Positions 36,201-49,100 of a stretch of 64,000 nt of DNA are shown here, in pieces. Made by a program: the position numbers and the translations under genes. The DNA is from Raillietiella orientalis (Eukaryota): assembly GCA_036172245.1 (NCBI GenBank), contig JAYWIR010000006.1, positions 4,836,001 through 4,900,000 on the forward strand. The letters run 5' to 3'. Every line of letters starts with the position of its first letter. Position 1 is the stretch's first letter. The notes beneath the pieces were generated by a model that saw only the letters and a program-made list of their open reading frames with translations, was not told where the DNA came from and ran no database searches.

Positions 36201-37079
36201 TTTGCTTCCGGTGATCCGGGGTGCACCTTCCTTCACTCTCGCTCTGCTTGGTACCATCTCGAATGGCTCACATCCATCGATAGGGTTGCATTCTGGAACG
36301 GAACGTTTTCAGGTATCCAGTTTTCAGTCCATCTCCGTCTTCCTTCGAAACTGATGGAGAGAAACGTTTGATGGTGTTTTCTGCGTCTTGCGCTTCGGCT
36401 CGCAGTTGTCTCCGGAATTTCTCAGGTCTGACAAGAGCTCCGATCACGCTTAATCCTTAGCCCAGACTGGTTTCAATGACTCTTCCCTGGTAAGTGAAGT
36501 CTACATCTTGGTTTATTGTAGCCGTACGTGATGGTGAGATCTTTGGAGGGGTCATAAATGCTTTCCTGATCCTTTAAACAGTGGTACAGGCCAGAATATT
36601 TATTGCAACTGATGGTGTCGTATCTCCGATTCATCTGTGAATCATCGTCAGAATGATAAATAAGTAAAGCTACGCGCGATAGTAAAAGCTCACGGATGTT
36701 TTTTAAAATAAACTTGCTTGCCTTCAATGCCACCACCAGATCAGGAAAGAGCTTTTCCTCGACCATGTAATGGACATCGTCGACCGAAGATGGAAAACCT
36801 TCCAGGATAAAGCCACATTCCTCAAAAGGCTTTTCTACCCACAGGCATTTTATCAAATCGTCCAGTACATTCTTTGGGAGAGTAGGTGTTTGCTCTTTCA
36901 GGAAATGTTCGATGAACGGTACATTGCTTAGTATGCGGCTGCCTTCAGATTCTTCAGATCTAAAAAAATCAAGGCTGAAATCTCAGCCACCTCGAGTTGA
37001 TTCAACGGATGTACCTTTTGGTAACATACATTAGAAAGAAGAAAAAAATTCTTTTTTGAAAATGATCGCCAAATTGTTG

Positions 37080-37118
<39 letters not shown>

Positions 37119-40100
37119 AAACCCTCCGAGTTCGAAGATTACGGTGCCCACTGTGCGAAGGAGCACGACGTGTATAATTTCCAAGCACATTTCATTTTCC
37201 AATCTCAGGCTACTGGATGGATCGATACTGTTTGCCACTTCGATAAAGTGGCTGTTGTGTCATTCTGTTGCAGACTTCTCGAGGCCTCCTCCTCCTCCTC
37301 CTGTGATAACTGATCCGGATCTCAAACTTGCGACTGAAAGTCACGAGATGCCATCCCAATGCGGCAGCTGCTAGGACAGAAAGGGTAGCGGAGCTTCCAG
37401 TGTCCTCACTGTGCAGCCTCAATACCAAAAGTCTTCTGGTCGCTCGGCGTGGTTTCGATCGTTTCTCTCGAAGCAACGAAGAGTGAAATTTTTGCAAAGA
37501 CTTTGATTCCCTCGCACCTAGTTAAGAATGGACAAATGCACTACCATCAAGCACCTTGTTTTGCTAGTAGGGTTGGTTGTGTGTGGGACTGTAACCATTG
37601 CGCCCATGCCGACTGAATGCCATACATATTCTGGGTTTTTTTTTTCCTTCTCCCCCCATCTGATCTTTATTATTGAAAGGGCCAATCCATACTGAAGGAT
37701 GAGATTAAAGACTGGTAACTCTGGCTCATCTACATATCATCAAAAGCCTGTAGCTTGCGGTGGCGCCGCCTTTTTGCTTTCCCCTGAAGTGTTTTCTGTC
37801 TTTTGCTTGTTTTATTGCAATCGTCTCCTCGCAGACAAAGGCTCAAGAAATCTGTGGGCGGAGGAAAAAAAAAAAACTTCTCGCTCTTGCTTTTGTATCC
37901 CTGCTCTTCGGGATCACTCTGCGGCAAAGTGGAGCCTGCGAGTTTCTCGGGAAATGTCACACAGCCGGTAGATGTCAAAACGTGAACTGTCAGAAATATT
38001 GCACGACGCAAACGCTTTCTGTGTGCTTCCTAGTTTCTTTACACGTGGTTTGTTTATCGCCATCTCGTTTCCAGATGTACACAAATGCCTCTTATAACAA
38101 AGTTTGTCATTTTACTCGAGTCTGAGACGTATCTCAGGCAGTCAGTCGTCTTTCGTGGAATCACCGAAGCATTCAGTGCATGGAATTCTTCGGCCAAATA
38201 TCGCTTCAGGTAAACAGTTGGAAAGGCAGAACCAAAGATGGTGGTAATGATGAAACACTGCAGTCAGAGAAACGATTCTTGAAAGACTCCTATGATAGTC
38301 TATCAATGATTAAGCGTACCTGTTCTAAGTATTCTCCAAATCCAAAAGTATCCAGAGTAGCTCTCTTACCCTAAACAGAGTGGCCACATCACTGATGGTT
38401 GCATATGTTGATGCTCTCAATGTAACGAAAAAAAAGGGAGAAGGGGGGGGGAGGGGGAATGACTGCTCTATCCTTCATTTCTTGTCATTTAGAGATTGGT
38501 CTTCGGGTGCTCAGGAGTCATCGGGAGTTAGAAACTTTTTATCAGCAGTCATTTGCCGCGCATAATTATGAAATTTCTCGAGGCTACTGATGTCTTGCTT
38601 GTTTGGATTACCAGATAATTCCGCGACGAGAGAGCCCACTGTGTGCTACTTCAAGTGAAACTTCTCAGAAGAAGTCCCTTTGAAAATTCGATTTTTTTCG
38701 AGTGTTTCGAAAATTTCAGTTCATCGCCGCTGCTTGCTGCTGCTCGGTGGTGAGCGAACGCGCATTTCCCGGGAGTATCTGGCAAGCCACTGTTCACAAA
38801 TCCCTTCAATCCTCAAGCTCTCTAGGACTTCAGCATAGTTTACGGCAAAAAAAAAAAAAAAAAACGCTTATCCGAAGCATGATGGATGCATTTCCTGAGA
38901 GGAACACATGAAAACTTTTGAGAGAATCTTGCAAACGATTGCATTTTTTCGAAAGGAGCCCTCTACCCAAAAGCGCCTTTGCTGTTGTATTCTTGGGCCC
39001 ACTCGTTCGGAAGGCCCCCGAATTTCACCGAAGAAGAAGAAAAGTGTTGATGGCGATCGGCAATGTGTTCAACTACGTCTTGGCAGTTTCAGTACACAAT
39101 TTGCAAAATCCTAACTAGTTGTTTTGATGACGCTGCGATACGAAAAATGATGATAGACTCTCGACAGGCATCAAACGAGTCCACGCTGATGTGCAAACAA
39201 GCCATTCCTTACGCCAGCGTTTCCCAAACTCTTCGTACGACGTAAGGCCTCACACGAATGCTGACATTTTAGCCGGAACCGTGGTTATTTTATATTAATG
39301 CTAAACAAAATCAAGCAAGTAGATATAAGACTTAAGAAAACAAAACAGAACATTTATTCTGAAATTTTAATTATGTAAAGCAAAACACATGCAAATGGTA
39401 AAATGAACTTAATTTTTATTATTAATTTTCACAATGTTTCACGAAGCACTCATCGACTTTCCGGGGAACATTGGTGTTCCGCGGAACACAGTTTGGGAAA
39501 CGCTGCCTTGCGCAAGCAAACGGGATTGACTGTACGTGTGCGGTTAGAAGGTTTCGGAGAAGCAGTGGAAGATGAAGAAGAAAACCGATAGATGATCGAA
39601 GAATAATTACAAGTTTATTTGATGTTAAAATACAAAACAAACATTGCTTGACGGTATTAATTAGCAGTAAGCTGAGCCAACTGGATAGGTATCCTTTATT
39701 CGATAAAAGACTTTGCTTTGTTTTGTTTTTCCTGCCTTTCTCAGAAGGAATGCAACCGAGCTGGAGAATCATCTTGATTTTGTTAACCTCAATCTCAGTG
39801 CTCCGAAGTGATGATTCTTCTTCTCAGATGTTGCCTGACGGATGAAAAGCGATCTGGCTTCCTAACCATTCAGTCATTTCTAAAGCCTGAAAGTGTTCAT
39901 CAGGAAGGGAGGACTAATGCTTTCGTGCGGTAGTAGTTTGAATCCCACCAGCTCGCCGGATGATCTCTGGTTGTGATTGTACTCATGGATTTGGCGTAGA
40001 GGATTGTGGGCACGGTTATTAAAGTGTTCCGATGGATGCAGGGGCTCAAGCAGGAAGCAAGTCACACCTTAAAGGGTTATTATTTTTGGATTGGCGCATG

Positions 40101-43100
40101 TATGAAGTAAACCCCTGTTCACCACCCATTTTAATGTAATAAATCCTGTTTCTCCTACGTACACTCCTTCCTCCGTTGGTGTGAACAGAGAGGCGTTCGA
40201 TATTTGTACGCCTTCCTACTTGAAGTCGGTAGTGTTCAGTTGATATGTGAACTTGGGAAAGCAAAGACTTTGCTGCACGGAATGCGATGCACGTCCACTG
40301 CATCTGGCCTGCCGGGAAGCACTTGTTTTGTGTATGGATGAGGTTGTGTGTAGTTTTCCGATCACCAAGAAATTTCGAGCAGCGCCTATTACAGGTCATT
40401 TCAGACTTCCGCCGATAAGCGAACATTCGGACATTTCGGATAAGTGTACCTTGTGCTAGGCGAATGGCTATTCATGTGCTGAACGCACATTGGTTCATTT
40501 TTGTCTTTCCAGCACAGGGTCGTCCTTTGATCCAGTGAACGTGACGCTTCCGATAGTTCCATTCATGCAAACCCCCTTCGACATTTGCTACGTTCCGTTC
40601 TCCTCCGAAATGTAGCTCGTGTTTGATCTCCGCGATTGACTTTCACGTGTTTTTTTTGTTTTTTTTCCTGTTCGAGAGTTTTGTTTTGCCAACACCAGCC
40701 ATCATCATCAGCGGAGTGTACGTTACCCTTTGAAGGGGACGAGGGGGGGGGGGGGGAAGGGAAGCAAGGGGGAAACAAGTCGACTAAACTGTTACTAGAA
40801 AAAACTATCGAAAGTCCAACCCGAGGTTTGCTTGCAAAACTGGTAATTCAAATACTACGCAGCTTCGAAGCTCCAAGTCGAGGTAAAACGAGTGTTTCTC
40901 TGGTGTGCCGAAAAAGGCGAATTCGTTTCTGTCTTCCTTTTCCCAATAATTTTGTGTTTTTTCCACAACTCTCACATCAGAGTGGAAAAATTAAAAGTGC
41001 TTATTACACGAGTGCAAACGGAAACCATCGTTGAATTTTTTTGTTCGGAAAGGTGAAACAAGGAAGGAATGCTTTCCTCCGCCATGAGGCACGGTGGTTT
41101 CCGTGCATGCTTTCTACAGCTTCTGGACAAGAGCCACAAGGCTCCCAGGCTGGAAATTGATACGTATGTTCTTTTCGTTTTTTTTTTTTTGTTTTTTTCA
41201 GGTGCTCCCTCATCGCAATGCAGTGTGTGCGCTCTCCGAATTTTTTTCTTTCGCTTTCTGTTAATCAGGAGAGCTCACAGGGATTTGTAAAAAAAAAAAA
41301 AAAAAACAAAAAAAAACCTTCCTTACAAAATATATCTGTTTCATCTTTCACAATTAGAATCGGAAAGGATTTCTTTTTGTTCGCTGAACATTAATAAATA
41401 AATAAGGTCCGGGAGAATGTATACAATGACGTGCGTGTGTAAAGTCAGTACTACGTAACAGAACTTTTCACGTACATGAGTGTTATTTCAAGTATGTAAT
41501 TATCTCCCATTTCAGTAACTTTGTGAAAGCACGATCATCCTCGGTTTGAGTCCCGGTACAAAAGACATCTGTATGTATGTGTACACACCATGGAAGAAAA
41601 TAAAGAATGCTTTTAAAACTTTAAACATTTTAAACTGTTTTAAACATTTCATGGAGCGTTTCCCCCCTCCCCCCCCATGGCAGCAGGACACCTTAGCAAT
41701 TTGTTGCAGTAACTCTACGCAGTTCCCTTTAATGTTGCCTAATGTTAGCGATTGAATTCTATTCGTTCCGCAGAAATTCGTAATGACGTTTCAGCAGCGT
41801 AGAAGAATTGTGAGTTTCCATCGGAAATTCATGAATGGGATGCAGCGATGTCGGGAAGATGGGTTGTTATACTGGAAGCTGCCGTGTTGGCAGTTGGCAA
41901 TTCCATTTTTAATTCGCAAAACTTGGGTTCAAAGACTTCAGAAACACTCGCACGTTAACGAATGGGAACAGCAGCATAATGGACGTTGCATACTTGAGAG
42001 CTTTTTTTTTTTTATTTATTTATTATAACAGCGCGTTCGCAAGAGCACAAGTCCTTCAAACCAGTGCACTGGTTCGGAAATATTCCATACCAGAAATGTT
42101 CTGCAGTCTGCTGTGCTTGTCGAAACCAGGAAAAGGAACGATTCCGAAAGTGAAACGAAATTTTGCAAAGCTGAATGAAAATGAAAATGTTTTTTTTTTT
42201 TTTGAGCTGGCTTTGCTGTGTATCTCGAATAATGCAGCACCAGACGGGCACATTCTTCGGCCCACGGGTCCAACCATGCGTTGATCTGATGAGGTGCATG
42301 TGAGCTAACGGAAGGTGAGTGAATTGTGCCCGGAGCGATATGAGTTGCCCTCAGTCCAATCCGTACACAAAACAAACAGATGATCTTTTTAGATCTGCGA
42401 ATGGTTTAGACTATCGTGTTCCGTACGGACGAATGCCACGCCGTGGAACCGCAGTGTACCGCCGCACCCACTTTCCGTGAACATTGGGACTGGGAGTTAT
42501 TTGTGAAGCATCTCTTGCTCTGTAGCACCTTGAGCGCAAGCTCTGTACCGCAGCCGACGCACATCATGACAAGTGAACCGACAGCACTAAAGATAAGGTG
42601 TGGGGTGGAACTGCCCTGCACTGGGAACCCGTGCTTCATCGTGGTGCGTCGTTTAAAGACGATACCAGCTAACCTCTAAATAGTCGCTGGGCAGTGGGCG
42701 ATCGTTTCGAAAGAGGGATACATTACGAATAAACGTGCAGCCGATTACACTGTATCTCTTATTTTGTGTAGGGCTCGGTGTACGGTTTGCTTTTTGGTCG
42801 CCATGCTTTTGTTTCTCTGCACAACTTGCCATGGAGAACCGGGTTCCGATTTTTTTAAATGTGCGCAGATCCCCGAGAACGTTTCTCATCAATAGTGAGT
42901 TTTCAATCATTTCAGACACTCCCAGCTAATAATCGCAAACTACTTTTCGTGGACTTGCACGTTCGATGCAGTGTATGCGATGCAATGCTGCAGCTTGTGA
43001 ATGCTGCACTCTGCGAATGGGTGGTCCCCCCCTCCCTCCCAGTGCATACCTGCTCGTTTTGATTTCCGGTTTCGTTTCCGAATGTTCCTCTTCTTCATCA

Positions 43101-46100
43101 GCCTCGAAGGGATTGATGAGATTGAACGCTTCTCTGCCAGCTTTTTTTCCAGTTTCGACTTTCATTATTTCCTGCAATCTCTCACGAAAATTGAAAAAAA
43201 ATATCCCTTCCTTTTCGGCAATCAGTTTTCCAAGCTCCGTTTTGCCAGAAGCGTATGGACCTATTAAACGGATAACGATGAACTTCAGCAATCAGCAAAA
43301 ATTAAGTACTGTATGAGAACAGCGTGCTGCCAACTTCGCTGCTTTTGCCGTTCGCATTCCGAAGACTAACAACGCACGCAGCAAGCCAATCCAGTAAGTT
43401 GTTATTAAAGTAAGAGTTGCTGATCTGTGATCAATTTTGGTTTGCAAAAGCGTGACAATTTTATTTTCGCCATGCTTTCTAAGTAAAATCGTTTGCTGAG
43501 GTTATTTGCTTAAGAGGGAGAGCGGAAGAAGAAGAAAAAGTGAAACTGTGCCCGGACTTCGAATTGAACACGAAGCAAAGAGGGTTCGCGTTTTTTTCTT
43601 ACGGATTTAAATTTTCAAGTCATTCATATGTTTAGGGAGAGGAAATCCAGCTGTGAAGTGGGAGGAACTTCATCAACTCCATCCGTGCAGGTTGTGCTTT
43701 CGTGCAGGTTTGTGTCGCACAAAGTAAATTGGTGCTTAAGCCGCTGCAATCCAACCTACTGCTGCCTTAGGTGGCTGAATGCGGGTGGAAGAATCCCAGT
43801 GCTGTGGCTGTGTGACGGAACTGGGAACTCTGTTTCTCTTTTAGAGACTGATCCTCGTGATGAAGTTTACATTAGAAATGGCATTTGTATGACTCAGCTC
43901 TTCGAAAATGGCGAACGCCTCATATTCGTGATTGGACTCTTATCATTTCATATTGCAGTGGCTCGTAATCCTGCGACCGCACTTTCCGTTGAAATTATAA
44001 CAAGGAAACTTCCACAGCACATGCTCAGAGAATCTTTCAAACTGCATGAATGGTCACTCGTGCGATTTTCAGTCGATTGAAATGCAAAACAATTTAGCTT
44101 GTGGCCACCGTGTACTAATCCTTCGATGTGGAATCATCAACGAAGACACTTATTCTCGGACATTATGTTCTCGACTCTCCCTGGACAGAAATTACTTGGG
44201 AACCTCAGGTGTGACACGAAGTTCATAGAGTGGTTAAAACGCTTCCGGTGATTTTTCCGGCGATAGCAGAAACTTTGTGACAGACTTTTGCAATCTGGTG
44301 AGAAGGAACTAAAATGGAAAGCAATGAGATTCCACCGTTTCGCGGTATTTCAAGAGAATCGAGCATCTAAACTGCGGGGAACAAATTAGTCAGTGTATCT
44401 TGGTGTTTTGCACACCACTTTCAAACATTTTCAGATTTCGTCCTCGTTGGCAAAGTCAGGTTGAAGAATACGGCAAAGTATTTGGAGAATTCTTTCTATG
44501 TTTTCTGTTACGGGACTCTGGGGAGGACTAGTGATGTCGAATGTATTCATTTTGCTGAATGCAAAACTGAATTGACGAAATGATGATGATGAATTTCGGA
44601 AACTCACCAATCCAATTCAATCATTACTTCTAAGAAAACCGCTTTTTTCTCTTGTTTTTTCTGTTTGTTTCTGATTCAGTGACTGAATAAAAAAGTTCAG
44701 AGCTGTGATAGTAGGAAGTGGCTCCCCGCTAATTTTGAAGACGGGCAGTTTCAGCTGAGTAACAACCGCGGGTGTTTTCAACAAACTGTTCAAGTGAATC
44801 AACCGGTATTGCTTTTCACAGATGCCGACATCTGTGGATCACCGTACGTCCATTCGTATGCCGCTGGACTGCTTTGCAAGGTAACTTTCAGAAGAAACGA
44901 CGGAGTCGATGTAAGAACCACGATTATGGTCGAGAACAGTGTTCGTATGCTGCTTTTGAAGCAAATGAGGCTGAGGTTCTTAAACACTAAGGACCTTAGG
45001 TACTCTTCCTGATTTATCTTGAGATTTTTAAAAGCTGCACCGTATATAAGAAACGTCCATTGTGCACGTCGGATTACGACCTATTACGATGATATGAGCG
45101 CGACACGGAAGGACGGCGGCCTGTGACATCTTGAAAAAAAGTTGACTTCTTGTTTTTTCGCTGTTGTGGGTCAGTTGACATAGTTAATGGGCACGTCCCA
45201 GCTTCCCGCATTGCTTTTTGTTCCTGCCATTTCATCGGGATTCAAAAGCCATAACCAATTGCTTGCATCCATTTCTTTTTTTTCTTTCTTTTTTTGTTTT
45301 GCCCGTTTTTGATGACCTTAGCAAATGTCGACACAAACTAGAGCTACAAATATGCATACAATTTACTATGCGTGCTTGTGCATGTGTATACTAAAACTGA
45401 AATCAGTTGGGATTGAACTCGCAAAATTTGGCGGGTAAAAGCAGTAAATCCTTGCAAACCTTGGTTCGACTCTTTCTTTCATCCGACGAAAATTTCGTTT
45501 CCTGAAATTGCAATTCGCTGACAGCTCCCCAAAGATCAAAGATCAGCAAGGATTTCAAGGAACATTTCTCCGTCATGAACTTATTAATCAGAAGTTTTTC
45601 TTTGAAAGCTTTCATTTGCGTTGTCATTTCGACTTCAGGTCGGAATATAGCATGAGTAGGTGTTGGCAACTGAACGTCACTGTAGAAGTGTCTGGAATGT
45701 TCAAGTCCTTCGAGTTATGAATGCCGTCGGTGTTGCTTAAAGAGTTCTGCTTCAAGAAAGGGAATACATCAAACTGAGAGCCATCTTCGCTTTTTTCGGT
45801 TACTCCAAAATCGCGAGGTGTTCCGTTTCGCATAGCAGAATTCCTGCACGAATGCATGTGGCTAATTTTCTCGTCGAAGATGGCATGTTGCTGTCTGAAT
45901 TTCTCTCAAAACGTTTGTTTTTATTCTGGCTCCCGCTGTCTACGCGATCAACTGCTTTCCAGGTTAAAAAAAAAAAAAAAAAATCTACATATTTTAGATT
46001 GCTACGTGCTTTTGCGATTGATTGAATCATTTCTTGATGAGTTGATGATGTTTAGAGTCTAATCTGCAAATTTTATCTTAAAATGATCTTCCAAAATGCA

Positions 46101-49100
46101 GCATTCAAAATTTCTGCATCCGACAGCATTATTGCACTTGTACATTCAGGATTCATACAAAAGGAACGTACAGAAATCACTGGCATGTAAGCGCAACGAA
46201 GCTTAGAATTATTTTTTTCCTTTCTAATGATTCATTAGCATTCTTTATTAGGTGCTGCGACTCTAGTTGAAGAACCTGAAATCTCAATGTCCTGAGTATG
46301 TTTCATTTGAAGCATCGTTTCATAGATTTGCGATTTGTTCGGACCGTGGCTGATTTTTCCCGTTTCAGGCCGAGAGATTTGCATCTTTGTCTGGACCAAT
46401 GAATCAAAATTGTCTAAAGCTGCTCCACTTTAAAAATAGCTGTTTTCATGGAAGTACTGAATAAACAACTGCTTTCATTTGTGCAGCTCCCGTCCTAAAG
46501 ACTATTATTCCAGATGCGTTTCTAAAATCGAGCACCAGTTATGAAGGCTTTTTTTTTTTTTCGACCCGGATCTACGGATCCACTGAACTCTCTATCTCCT
46601 GCTTCGAGAAAACGCCGTTTGCTGAAAGTAAGAAGAATTCTTGCACTCTGAAGTAACTTCGAAAGCTGGGCAGCTGGATCAAAATCTTAGTTCCTTAAGC
46701 AATCACGGAAAACTTCTTTGGTTTACGTATTTCTTGCGTCCATGCAACGGTGGCTGCTAATTGTTAAAAATGGCTTCTTTTTCCACGAGTGCAGTGGTCA
46801 TCAGCCCTTTCGTACAGTCGCATGAATTCCCTTTTGCACTGTCCAGGATACACTGCGGACTTTGTGCACGGTTTGGAAGAATTCTGTTGTCTCGTATGCT
46901 TAACTAACTAACAAGAAATAATACTTTTTAATAAACTTGGGAACGAAAAAAAACTAAAGTGCATTGAAGTGGGAAGACGTCATTATACGTCACCACTGAT
47001 GGCAAAGAAGTTTTCCCTTGCGTGGAAGTAGAACGTATGAGCATGGGTTTTTTTCTTCCTGTTTTTAGATTCTATTAGATTTAGTCAACACAAGCAAGTT
47101 GGTGCAATTTTTTTTTGGCAACTGCATATTTTTTGAAGCGTATCGTGCTCTCATGAGATCAGTCGCAATTCCGAACTATTTTCGTCCGTGATATGTAATC
47201 ATTGCCTATTTGCCTTGGCTAAAAACGGAAAGCAAATTTAAAACTTTTCAAAGCTCATGGAAAAGTCGTCTGCATCCACTGTTTTTCGTGAATTTCCAAG
47301 AAAATTTACATGAACGAATCCGCTGTTGCAAAATACACGAGTGCTTGACGGATTTCTGGAACTTCCGAACTTTTTCCGAAGGTAACGGAGGAATCAAGTG
47401 CTAAGGATGTAGCAAGTTACAAAAGTTCCAATCTCCCTTCTCCCACAGGTCAGGGAAGCTTACGTTGAACGAAAAAGCACCATCCGGGTGACGGACTCTT
47501 TGCAGCTCCAGGCAACTAGACTTTCCCCGCTATTTACAACTAAATAGTGTGAAACGTTCATGATTTGTGGTGTGCCTAAGAGTATGATAATGTAATGCAA
47601 ACAGACTTCCAAAGCGACAGAATCCGACAGCGCTGGATTTCACTCGAAAGTTCCGCTAGGCGTAGATGTTGAAGCGATGTTGAAGGACATTCTAAATAAA
47701 TGGAAAGTTATTTCCAGTTAGAGTAGGGCTTTTATCTTGCGAAGAAGCATGCGTGCGTTTTCAGGTCTTACCCAGGATGCAAATTCTGACGGGGGGGACG
47801 TCTATCGGCTTATCTATACCAGCATACTTTTCTGGCAGTCTAACGAATTCCTGACGCGCCTCCGGTGAAGAAAAATAATAAATCTGAAATGGCGAGCTGA
47901 TTCCTGTGCTCTCTACTTGAAACATTGGTACCTTGTTTTTGTATAAAGCTGCAATGTCGGGATTTCCGGGGCAGAAACGTCTTAATTCATTAAACAGCAC
48001 GGGGCAGAAATGCCTGTATTCCCCATACCATCTCGTGTTGGGGAATTCATTCGGCTGGCATGAAGAGATGCTATGTATTGCTTGAAATGAAATCAGACAA
48101 CAAGATGTAAGTGAAAACACGGGACAAGCTTGCGAAACACTTCGGATCGGGTGTTGATGTGATGTGCTCGAGCTGAATGTGAGAGAACACAGGTGAGTGT
48201 TTCGTTTTAAGAACCCAAAACAAGCGTCAGCGACTGCTTAGAAAGTTGTTAAATTTTTGCACTGTCACTCGATGAGGATTGACGGCTGCACTGCACATCA
48301 CACATATATTATTCTTATTATTATGCGCATGCCGCATATGCATGTACTTCCAGTGTAAGTGAGTTTCAAGGTGTGTTTGTATGCATATCGAGCATCGCGG
48401 TAATCTCATCGCAAAGTTTCCGTTCACAATCTGGCACGATTACGCGCATCAGAAATGCATATACGAGGTACCTGCTTCCTAGTTTGCAAACTTCCGGGGC
48501 GTAGATTCCAGAAAAATCCCGACTGTACGTACGTCCGAAATGGCTCGGAACCGAACGAGCAGTGTACAAAGCTTACATTCCCATGGTTTCCGTTCCAGGA
48601 TGGATAGCAGCTAGAGTGAGTGATTCTCAGCATACCGTGTTGCCGCAGCAATTCATTTCGGGAACAAATTGCAGCCGGAGCTCGAGAAGGAGTAACCAGG
48701 CCGAAAGTGTTTTCGAGCCGTCAGTTTTCCATTTTTGTCAAATCGGAATCTCTGGCAGCCGGGAGTCATGTGAGATTTCGGCAGCCGTGATGCATCGCCA
48801 GAAGAATCTACGCCGTCGCTAGATGAAGCTGTGTCTGATCTCTGGAGTGTTTTGCTATCCTGAGGACCTTTCGGTCTCTTGGGCATAATTGTGTCACACT
48901 GGATTTGCATTCGGAATCGGATGATCATAAAGGAATCGATTGCTCTCCGGCCTGTTAAACCAGTGGGAATCGATCAGTCCAAACGAAACGAAATCGGAAA
49001 AATGCTCACGTCTAGAGTCAAAAAGAATCCCGGATCTTGAATTATTTAAACGAAAATAACTGCCAGCAAGAAAACGGGAAAACTCAGGTGACGGGGATGA

